Assembly: GCA_950097015.1 (NCBI GenBank)
Contig: CATNEN010000031.1
Coordinates: 2,666,001-2,730,000 of the forward strand
Direction: 5' to 3'
DNA from: Macrostomum hystrix
Taxonomy: Eukaryota; Animalia; Platyhelminthes
DNA: 64,000 bases
The notes below the pieces were generated by a model that saw only the letters and a list, made by a program, of their open reading frames with translations, searched no databases and was not told the DNA's origin. The translations under genes and the position numbers were made by a program. Within the stretch, counting starts at the first letter, position 1; the number at the start of each line of letters is the position of its first letter. Of this stretch, positions 46,289 to 58,200 are shown one piece after another.

Positions 46289-49200
46289 CTACAGGACATT
46301 ATAGACCAAGTTTATGATTAACAATTAATAACTCAGTGACTCAAACCTCAGTGAAATCTGTGAGCTGGGGATTAGGGATTTGACTCAAACCTCAGTGAAA
46401 TCTGTGAGCAGGGGATTAGGGATCTGAATCAAACCTCAGTGAAATCTGAGAGCAGGGGATTTGGGATCTGACTCAAACATCAGTGAAATCTGAGAGCAGG
46501 GGATTTGGGATCTGACTCAAACCTCAGTGAAATCTGAGAGTAGGGGATTTGGGATCTGACTCAAACCTCAGTGAAATCTGAGAGTAGGGGATTTGGGATC
46601 TGACTCAAACCTCAGTGAAATCTGAGAGTAGGGGATTTGGGATCTGACTCAAACCTCATTGTCAGAGTAGGAATTAAAGACTTTTTAATTAACAAATGTA
46701 AAGTCGACGCGTCACACAAACGAGAGCCAACCTTGACCAGCATGAGGAATCCCATTTTGAAGGGGCTGAACACGGTGACGAAGCAGTAAACGGAGGATGT
46801 GTCAAACCTGGAAGGATTTCATTTTAAGTTAGTTTGCGCATGCTCAAATGCGAGTTGAGTTAAGCTCGTACCAGTTAAGAACTCGGTTTCTAATACGCCC
46901 CACTAAATATCTGAAAATCTTACTGCTAATTGAGGTCTCACACAAAAATGAACGCTAAATTAAAAATTTCACCCACAAGAGATTTCATAAAGAAAATAAA
47001 CGAGAGATTTAAATGTCTCACCGAAAATGCTATAAGATCTCACCGTTCAGAGAGTTTTATCTCAACCAAAAAAGTAATGATGACTTAAAAATCAATGATA
47101 TCTCATCCGAAAAATAAAGGCGACTTCAAAATCTCACCTATAAGATCTCACCAAGAAAATGTATGAGATTATGTATGAGATGTATGAGAAATGTTAGAAT
47201 CTAACGTATGAGATTTCACACTGAAATGAAAGGCGACTTCAAAATCTCACCGATGAGATCTCACATTGAAATTAACGGTGACTTCAAAATCTCACATTGA
47301 AATGAACGGTGACTTCAAAATCTCACATTGAAATGAACGGTGACTTCAAAATCTCACATTGAAATGAACGGTGACTTCAAAATCTCACACTGAATTAATG
47401 GTAACTTCAAAATCTCACCTATCAGATCTCACAATGAAACTAATGGTTACTTCAAAATCTCACCTATCAGATCTCACAATGAAACTAATGGTTACTTCAA
47501 AATCTCACCTATCAGATCTCACAATGAAACTAATGGTTACTTCAAAATCTCACCTATCAGATCTCACAATGAAACTAATGGTAACTTCAAAATCTCACCT
47601 ATCAGATCTCCTCACAATGAAACTAATGGTTACTTCAAAATCTCACGTTGCTACATCAAAGCCAAGCAAGTCAATCAGTGGCAGTCACTCACGTGTTGAT
47701 GCTGGCAATGTTGCCGGTACCAAAGAATGACATCAACAGGAGGAATACCTGGGCCGGGTGGTGAGCTGACTCAGTTAAGGAAAATATTGGCTGGCCAAGA
47801 ATTTTGTCGTATTTATACCTCACTTTTTAGTCTGTATGACCAACAAAAATGACCGGTGGGTGTCACTACTAACACATATCACTTTTCGGGGTCTATGATT
47901 AACACAAATGTGGTTTATTGACTGACACATTTGACAAATTCAGGTCATGACCCGCCATGAGCATTTACACGTCATCTTACTTATCCGGTTCATGACATAA
48001 TAACGACCAGTTTATGGTCTAAAAAATGACCGGTGCATAAACTAACAAACAACCAGTGCATGATCAAGCTAATGACAAGTGCATGAACTAACAAATGACC
48101 GGTGTATGACCTAACAAATGATCGGTGCATGACCTAAAAAATGACCGGTGCATGACCCAAAAAAGACCAGTGCATGACCTAACAAATGACCGGTGCATGA
48201 CCTAAAAAATGACCAGTGTATGACCTACCTAACAAATGACCGATGCATGACCTGTTAAATGACCGGTGCATGACCTAACAAACGACCAGTGCATGACCTA
48301 AAAAATGACCGGTGCATGATCTAACAAATGACCGGTGCATGACCTAAAAAATGATCGGTGCATGATCTGACAAGTTGCCACTGCGGATGACGATAAAAAG
48401 TGCCCAATAGGGTAATGACCAGCTCAAACGAACAATGCGGGTCATGACCATCACAAGTGCCTCGCGCAAGCCTTCCAGTACCGCAGCCAATCACAAAGGA
48501 TACAAAGCCGAGATTCTGGCGCAATCCGTCGCGCAGCATCCGGAGGCCCCGCTCCACGGCCAGCCGCTGTTTCACCAATTTGGCTTCGGCTTCGTCAATG
48601 CGACTGTCTCGATGCTCAGCTACAGTGTGCTCAAGCAGCAAGCTCTCAACGCGAGTCCAGGCCTCCAGGAACACAGCCAAGGTTAGCAGGAACAGGCCCT
48701 CGTAGCTGATACACATCAGGCCGTAGACTGGCAGCAGCAGTGCCACGGAGGGAGCCAGGGCGGCCGCGGCTGATTGGCTGGCGGCCTGACGGCAGCGTAG
48801 GGTGTTGGCCCAGCCAATCAGAGGGAAGGCGGCGGCCAGGAGGCACCAGCTGGCGGCCTGCAGAGCGACTGGCTTGTCGCGGCTGTGGTACAGGGTGTGG
48901 GTGCTGACGGACATCAGGCCGCTGAGCAGTGACTGTCCGGCCTGCGGAGGTGGGGTTGTTGTTGAGCGTTGAGATTCTAATTTACGAGGAAGGAACAATG
49001 AACTATTTCCTCATTACTCTTTATCTCATGCTTTTCTACTCAAACTCATGATATCCTAAATGACCTTTCTCACGATCTCCCTAATTCCTTTTCTCGCCAT
49101 CTACCTAATTACCTCGCTCATGATATCCTTAATTCCCTTTCTTATGATATCCTAACTATCTTCTTAATGCCCACCTCTATCTGTTTCTCTTCTGCTTGAC

Positions 49201-52200
49201 AGACAGTTTCTTTTACTTTGTAAAAAATTAAGAAGCAACAACGGTTGATAGTACGGGCAACTCACAGCCAGAGGAGCAATAAATTTGCGATCAATCTCAG
49301 ATCTCAAATAGGCGAAAGAGTAGACAGCCGATGCCAAACTGTGTGAGGCCCTGCGATTAAAGTTCATACGAGTGCAATTCAGCTATAGTGATGTCATCAT
49401 TGGGCAGATGTACTCACAGCACAGCAGTCAGGCATGAGCAGTTGTGCTCTTACTCACAGCGCAGCAGTCAGGCATGAGCAGTTGTGCTCTTACTCACAGC
49501 ACAGCCGTCAGGCATGAGCAGTTGTGCTCTTACTCACAGCACAGCAGTCAGGCATGAGCAGTTGTGCTCTTACTCACAGCAGAGCAGTCAGGCATGAGCA
49601 GTTGTGCTCTTACTCACAGCACAGCAGTCAGGCATGAGCAGTTGTGCTCTTACTCACAGCAGAGCCGGGTGCACAACTCCGCCAACAACTGGCAGAAGCG
49701 GAAAGCAGCACAGAGCCAGGCAGGAGGCGCCGAATCTAGCCAGGAGCCACCGCTGGCTGCTCAGCCGCAGCCGCAGCCGCAGCTGCAGCAGGGCCCTGGC
49801 ACAGCCGGCGCCTAGCCACAGCATCCCGGCTGTCAGCGTGAGGCGATTAGTGAAGCTGAGAGCGCACAGTTGAAGTCCCGAAGGCCAGGTAGGCCAGGTC
49901 GCAGGCTGCGGCTCCTGCGGCCGACCGACTCAGCGGCAGCTCGCGTAGCAGGAGGCGCCAAGCGGCTAACAGAAAGTTCGACTCGGACAGCAGGCAGAGG
50001 GCCAGGCAGTGCGGAGTCAGGCAGTACAGATAGTGTAGCGGCGGCCGACTGCCCACTGCAGCGGAGGGTGGGGTTGGATTCTGCGAGTAGTATGATTCGC
50101 GCATGTGCAGATATCAAGTGTAGGGTCTCTAACCCTACACGACCTGTCTGCACGACCAACTTCAATTGTATACCTTCCTCAGCTCCCCAAAAACCTTCAT
50201 CCGCTCACTTAATACCTTCATCCACTGCCTTAATACCTTCATCCGCTGCCTTAATACCTTCATCCGCTCCCAGCTCTACATCTACATTCGCTACATCATC
50301 AGCCTCCCGCTCCACCCTCTCCTTATGTCTCCTTCTTATCCTTGGCTGAGCAGTTACTCACCGTACAGCAGGCAGCAGTGCAGCGCTGCCAAGGAGCCTA
50401 AAATCACCCAGTAGATGCGCTGGGCCGGTCCATTGCGGGGCGACTGTCCGGCCTGGCCAAGGCCTCTCGGCAGGCGAGCTTTGGCGATGCGAACGGCAAC
50501 AAATGCGATCCAAAGGCCGAATGAGAGCAGTATGTAGGAGCTGCGGATCCAGGGGTGGGTGTTCGAGAGTGTGTGTAGGGGTGTTCGAGAGTATCTAGTG
50601 GTGTTCTATAGTATCAAGGGGTGTCCTATAGTATCTAGGGGTGTTTGAGTGTATCTAGGGGTGTTTAAGTGTATCTAGGGGTGTTCTATAGTATCTAGGG
50701 GTGTTCTATAGTATCTAGGGGTGTTTGAGTGTATCTAGGGGTGTTTAAGTGTATCTAGGGGTGTTCTAGGGGTGTTTAAGTGTATCTAGGGGTGTTTAAG
50801 TGTATCTAGGGGTGTTCTAGGGGTGTTTAAGTGTATCTAGGGGTGTTCTATAGTATCTAGGGGTGTTCTATAGTATCTAGGGGTGTTTGAGTGTATCTAG
50901 GGGTGTTTGAGTGTATCTAGGGGTGTTCGAGTGTATCTAGGGGTGTTTAAGTGTATCTAGAGGTGTTTGAGTGTATCTAGGGGTGTTCTATAGTATCTAG
51001 GGGTCTTCTATAGTATCTAGGGTGTTCTATAGTAGCTAGGGGTGTCCTATAGTATCTAGGGGTGTTCTATAGTATCTAGGGGTGTTCTATAGTATCTAGG
51101 GGTGTTCTATAGTATCTAAGGGTGTTTGAGTGTATCTAGGGGTGTTTGAGTGTATCTAAGGGTGTTCTATAGTATCTAGGGGTGTTCTATAGTATCTAGA
51201 GGTGTTCTATAGTATCAAGGGGTGTTCTATAGTATCTAGGGGTGTTCTATAGTATCTAGAGGTGTTCTATAGTATCAAGGGGTGTTCTATAGTATCTAGG
51301 GGTGTTCTATAGTATCAAGGGGTGTTCTATAGTATCAAGGGGTGTTCTATAGTAGCTAGGGGTGTTCTATAGTAGCTAGGGGTGTTCTATAGTATCTAGG
51401 GGTGTTCTATAGTATCTAGGGGTGTTCTATAGTATCTAGGGGTGTTCTATAGTATCAAGGGGTGTTCTATAGTATCTAGGGGTGTTCTATAGTATCTAGG
51501 GGTGCTCTATAGTATCAAGGGGTGTTCTATAGTATCAAGGGGTGTTCTATAGTATCTAGGGGTGCTCTATAGTATCAAGGGGTGTTCTATAGTATCTAGG
51601 GGTGTTCTATAGTATCAAGGGGTGTTCTATAGTATCAAGGGGTGTTCTATAGTATCTAGGGGTGTTCTATAGTATCTAGGGGTGTTCTAAAGTAGCTAGG
51701 GGTGTTCTATAGTAGCTAGGGGTGTTCTATAGTATCTATGGGTGTTCATCGCGAAATTTCCTTATATCTAGGGGTATTTCAGAGTATCTAGGGGTGTTCA
51801 AGTGTATCTAGAGGTGTCGAGTGTATCGATCATGGTTTTTCGATTTAAGGGAATCGAGCAGTGCTTGAGTGAATCGCGGGGTGTTCGAGTTGTGTTTTAT
51901 GTGTTGGAAGTATAGCGAGGGGAACTCAGTGGTTGTTAAAATTGATGAGGTTAAAAGTGCTTTCGAGATCGTTGCCATTAGGAAGGGAATATTGCTGTGC
52001 TTTATTTGAAGCGCCATCAAAGCGTCCGATGAGTAGTTGAGTAAGAACTCACCCCAGGTAGGTGCGGTCGTACTTGTGATAATATCGCATACCATCAACG
52101 CACAGGCGGCCCAGGTTTTCAAGCCGTTGCACCTACAGAGGCGTAGAGGGCCAGAATAACAATTGGCAGAATATAAAAATAGCTGATCAACTGCATTTTA

Positions 52201-55200
52201 TCATCAACGCGACCCCCAATGTGCTGCCTAACATCACAGTCGCCAATATTCCACTCCCTACAATCATTAACTCCCCTACTCCGCTCCCTACCATCGAACC
52301 TCCCCGATTCCGCTCCCTACCATCAAAATCTCTTTTAATTTTCTCCCTACCATCGCAACATCCACTACTCCGCTCCCTACCATTGCAACTTCCCCAAATC
52401 CGCTCCCTACCATAGCTACTTCCCCGAATCCGCTCCCTACGATTGCAACTTCCCCGAATCCGCCCCCTACGATTGCAACTTCCCCAAATCCGCTCCCTAC
52501 CATAGCTACTTCCCCAAATCCGCTCCCTACTATCACAACTGCCCTTATTCCGCTTCCTACCATTAAATCGAAACCTCTCTAATTCCGCTCCTTACCCTAC
52601 CTCTGTAATCCTCCATATTCCGCCCCCTACCTCTGTAATCCTCAATATTCCGCTCCCTACCACTGTTATCCTCAATATTCCGCTCCCTACCACTGTAATA
52701 ATCAATATTCCGCTCCCTACCACTGTAATCCTCAATATTCCGCTCCCTACCACTGTAATAATCAATATTCCGCTCCCTACCACTGTTATCCTCAATATTC
52801 CGCTCCCTACCACAGTTATCCTCAATATTCCGCTCCCTACCTCTGGAACCCTCCATATTCCGCCCCTAGCAGCCCCTCACCGCCAGGTGAAAGTGTCCAT
52901 CTCTGGCGGCGCTGGCAGCGGCCTCCAGCTCAGTGTCCGGTCCATTGTCGCCAGGCAAATCTGGGAACTCGGCGAAGCCAGGCAGAATTCGAGTCTCAAA
53001 GGCTTCGCGTCGCTTAGTGAGAAAGCCTGCCGCAAGCTGCCGAACATTCCGCTCCAGCTGCCAGGCCTGGAGACTGGGCGGACCGCTGAGCAGACTCACC
53101 GGGAGAAGGCCCTGGCATTGGAGTCATGAAATCGACAGTTTTCTGTTTTTTATTAACAGTTTTTAATAACAATGGAAAAACAAGCTAAAAAGAAAAAGTT
53201 TTGGCACTGAAGATACCGACGACAACAACCTGAAGATAAATCTTGAAGACCATCAATATACTGCTCTGATGGACATACAAATGCTGGACTGAAGATACAG
53301 TTTAATACACCTGAAGATACAGTTTAATGCACCTGAAGATACAGATTGGAGCACCTGAAGATACAGTTTGGAGCAACTAAAGATACAGTTTGGAACACCT
53401 GAAGATACAGATTGTTGCACCTGAAGATACAGATTGGAGCACCTGAAGATACAGATTGGAGCACCTGAAGATACAGTTTGGAGCACCTGAATATACAGAT
53501 TGGAGCACCTGAAGATACAGATTGGAGCACCTGAAGATACAGTTTGGAGCACCTGAAGATACAGATTGGAGCACCTGAAGATACAGATTGGAGCACCTGA
53601 AGATACAGATTGGAGCACCTGAAGATACAGTTTGGAGCACCCTGAAGATACAGATTGGAGCACCTGAAGATACAGATTGGAGCACCTGAAGATACAGTTT
53701 GGAGCACCTGAAGATACAGATTGGAGCACCTGAAGATACAGATTGGAGCACCTGAAGATACAGATTGGAGCACCTGAAGATACAGTTTGGAGCACCTGAA
53801 GATACAGTTTGGAGCACCTGAAGATACAGATTGGAGCACCCTGAAGATACAGATTGGAGCACCTGAAGATACAGATTGGAGCACCTGAAGATACAGTGTG
53901 GAGCACCTGAAGATACAGTTTGGAGCACCTGAAGATACAGTTTGGAGCACCCTGAAGATACAGATTGGAGCACCTGAAGATACAGATTGGAGCACCTGAA
54001 GATACAGATTGGAGCACCTGAAGATACAGTTTGGAGCACCCTGAAGATACAGATTGGAGCACACACCACATTATTAACGGGCACGCTGACGTTAATCAAG
54101 GCAGCCATCAGAGGGCACAGGTCGGCTTGGCCGATGTCAGCGCCGGCATAGTCGCCAACACTGCTGGCGTACTTCGCCGACTCCTGGCGCGACGTTGGTG
54201 CCGACGCCGACCGCTGTCGGGGTCCGCGCACGCCGGCGCCCCAGGCTACGAAAGGTGTCTCGGTCTCCTCGGTGAGGCCCGGAGCCGTGCGAGCCCCAGT
54301 CTGTCATGCCGTGATCCGACGTGAACAGAAACGCGGTCCGGTTGTCCGGAAACAGTCGAGACATCTGGGCCGCGATGCGGGCAACGCCCGCGTCCACGAA
54401 CTGCTGGTTCAACAGGCAGTCTCTGGGTTGGGAGGTGATTCAAAGTGAACTCTAATGACCTCCTGGATGTACAGAGAGATGTTCAATGACTTCTAATGGA
54501 CAGTTCAGTAGGCTAATGACCTCCCTGGACTGTTCAGAGAGATGGTCAATGACTTCTAATGGACAGTTCAAGTAGGCTAATGACCTCAAGGATGTTCAAA
54601 GACTTCCGGGATGTTCAGAGAGATGGTCAATGACTTCTAATGGACAGTTCAATAGGCTAATGACCTCCTGGATGTTCAGAGAGATGGTCAATGACTTCTA
54701 ATGGTAGGTGACTTGGCTGTCCATTGTTGACTGTCAATCACCAAGGACAAACCTGGAGTGGGGCTTGAGCGAGTGGCCGCAGGTGTCCATGCCGAGCAGG
54801 TGCAGGAAGAGCACGATGCCATCAGATTGCATTTCCCTGGCATTGCTGGCGTTGGCGCGGAATGCTTGCAGAAATTCCTGGAAAAATAGTTTTTTAAGCA
54901 CAATTGTGAGCCGCGAATGTATAAATGGGAAGAATTATGAAACAGTTGGGAGAAAGTAACCAAGGCTTGTCGTTGGCGATTTGAATGGCATGATATTTCG
55001 CAAAAACACAGAGGGTTCGAGTGGTGTCACTATTTCCAGTGAAGCATTGCAACAATTTACTTACTTGGCATTTCAATTACTTATACCCCATAAGTGGAGG
55101 ATAGCATTAAATAATATAACTTATTATGCCCTAGTAACACCAGATGTGCAGCCGACAGCACAGCCGCAGCTTTTACGCGGCGCATCTGATGGCTGCGCGT

Positions 55201-58200
55201 ACGGCTGTTCAGTCCATGGACTGGGGGCACGCCACACCCACCCTCAATTACCCCAGCTAATGCTAGAGGGCACAGATTGTTCCGGAATCAAATCCCTGAC
55301 CTTCAAGTCATGAGTCCGACGTTCTAACCCCTAGGCTAACCCCTTGAGGAGAGGGGACAGAGGACAAGAGGCAGCCCCCGATTACCTGTAGAAGATAAGA
55401 TTAATAATCCTAACTCCCAATCACACTCTTTAGGAATTTGATTACTAATTCTAACTCCCAATCACTGGTTAGGGATTTGATTACTAATCCTTACTCCCAA
55501 TCACTGGTTAGGAATTTGATTACTAATCCTTACTCCCAATCACTGGTTAGGGATTTGATTACTAATTCTAACTCCCAATCACTGGTTAGGGATTTGATTA
55601 CTAATCCTTACTTCCAATCACTGGTTAGGGATTTGATTACTAATTCTAACTCCCAATCACTGGTTAGGGATTTGATTACTAATCCTTACTCCCAATCACT
55701 GGTTAGGGATTTGATTACTAATCCTTACTCCCAATCACTGGTTAGGGATTTGATTACTAATTCTAACTCCCAATCACTGGTTAGGGATTTGATTACTAAT
55801 CCTTACTCCCAATCACTGGTTAGGGATTTGATTACTAATTCTAACTCCCAATCACTGGTTAGGGATTTGATTACTAATCCTTACTCCCAATCACTGGTTA
55901 GGGATTTGATTACTAATTCTAACTCCCAATCACTGGTTAGGGATTTGATTACTAATCCTTACTCCCAATCACTGGTTAGGGATTTGATTACTAATCCTTA
56001 CTCCCAATCACTGGTTAGGGATTTGATTACTAATTCTAACTCCCAATCACTGGTTAGGGATTTGATTACTAATCCTTACTCCCAATCACTGGTTAGGAAT
56101 TCGATTACTAATCCTTACTCCCAATCACCGGTTAGGGATTTGATTACTAATCCTAACTCCCAATCACTGGTTAGGAATTTGATTACTAATCCTCATTCCT
56201 AATCACTGGTGGGGATCGAATTAATAATTCGAATTTCTAATGAACTACAAAGCGTTATAGTTGGTGTCCTAATTCCTAAAACGTGGCATGGGATTAGAGT
56301 TGAGTCATTATTCCCAACTGACAGCCCCCTAAAAGCAATCTAGCGGGTCCCCAACAGCCAACCAACCTCAACCCTGTCGAACACCCAGGCGTCCAGCAGC
56401 TTGGTGTTGCCCTTGCCGAATTCCTCGTCGCCAGGCGGGTAACTGTGCGCTCGGACGTGCAGCGCCGACCTGCCGAACATGTCCACAATGTCCGGGCTGC
56501 CCCAGGCCCAGGTGCGACGCGATTGGTTGAACAGGTGGTCGAATTCCACTGCGTTCTCGCGCCAACCTGCGGTCAAGTTTAAAAGTTTCATTGTTTTCGG
56601 TTGGGGTTCGGTTTTAGGGCCGAGAGGTCGTTAGTTCGAATCTCGAATAAAGGTAGACAACTTGTGTCCTTGAGCAAGAGACTTCATTCCCCATAGCTTC
56701 AGTTCACCCAGCTGTAAAATGGGTACCTGCATCAGCTGAAGGTAGATATTTAGATTGGTGTGGCGGCCTCCCCAGTCCATGGACTGAACAGCTGTACACA
56801 GTCTTTGGATTTTGATGCCAAGTGCAATAGCTGCGGCTGTGCCACAGACTGTCCATCTGGCCCAACTGGCCAGAGTATGGATTATTGACATCCAGTTATG
56901 GGATTTGAGTAGGGATTATTGACATCCAGTTATGGGATTTGAGTAGGGATTATTGACATCCAGTTATGGGATTTGAGTAGGGATTATTGACAGCCAGTTA
57001 TGGGATTTGAGTAGGGATTATTGACAGCCAAATATGGGATTTGAGTAGGGATTACTGACAGCCTATTGGTGGATTTGAGTAGGGATTACTGACATCCAAT
57101 TATGGGATTTGAGTAGGGATTATTGACAGCCAATTATGGGATTTGAGTAGGGATTATTCACAGCCAATTATGGGATTTGAGTAGGGATTATTGACATGGG
57201 AATTATGGGATTTGAGTATGGATAATTGACAGCTAAATAGAGGATTAATCAATCAATCTTGCCTTTCGATTGGCTCAAACATTTCGTTGTAGTTTTATGA
57301 ACTTGAGTTTAGGGTGTGGTTAAAAGTTCAGAACTCAAGTTCGTGTCTAGGACTAAAAAATACATTGAAGATTACCGTCAATTATAACAACTATCAACTC
57401 GATTCCATTTACAAGTCCAAGATAATTGTTTTAAAACTGGCCTTTTTATAAACTATTCAAATCTCACTTTTTGATCCACTAACGAGCACTTTTATTGGAT
57501 CGGCCGAAAAAAACTTACTAAGGAATGGCGCTACGCCAGATGAGCATGAGTACTCAGTCACTCGGAAACGTGCTCAAGACAGGATGCCGCTGTCAAAAAA
57601 AGTGAGTAGCCGAGCAGCAAAATGGTGAAACTGGTTGAGCCAGGAAAAAAGTTTTTTTTGGAACTGTTTTGTAGGTGCAGCAAAACTTGCAGACGGAACA
57701 GCGGGGAGTGACACCAAACCCAACAAGTGTGTGGGTGTGTCTTTAAGCATAGAATAAATGTTACAAAGATTTATTTTTTAAACACTAGAATAATCTAAAT
57801 TATAAATAAGAATTTTTGCATTAGTGCTGCGGGCAATAGCACATAATTTAATGGCACAAGACCCCCAGCCAGGAGGCAATGCTGCCCGTTTCGCTGACTG
57901 CTGAACACACACGCACACAGGTGTGTACATCTGCCCCGACTTTCTCATCGTTAAAGAGTGTACACCTTCTCCCGGCGACTGCGCCCCAAATAAATGTGGC
58001 CTCGCCGCGGAATCGAACTTAGGGACCTTGGTTAAATGCGTTAACCGCTCTGCCACCGACCCCCCAGGAAAGGTCATACCTTTTGTTACCGAGGCAACGT
58101 CCTCGTAAAAGCCGGCAATTATAGCCACGTGTCCCGGCCGCGATTCGGTTGGCACCCGGGTGTGCGACAGGCCCCAGGAGCCGGTGCTGCGGACTATGCC

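Noticed and set aside
48321-48503. GCGTG... continuation of ORF 48321-48998 mimicking the PIGN GTGN motif
   Set aside because: The true [11 protein letters not shown] exon is at 47693-47748; the donor at 48503 fits the phase.
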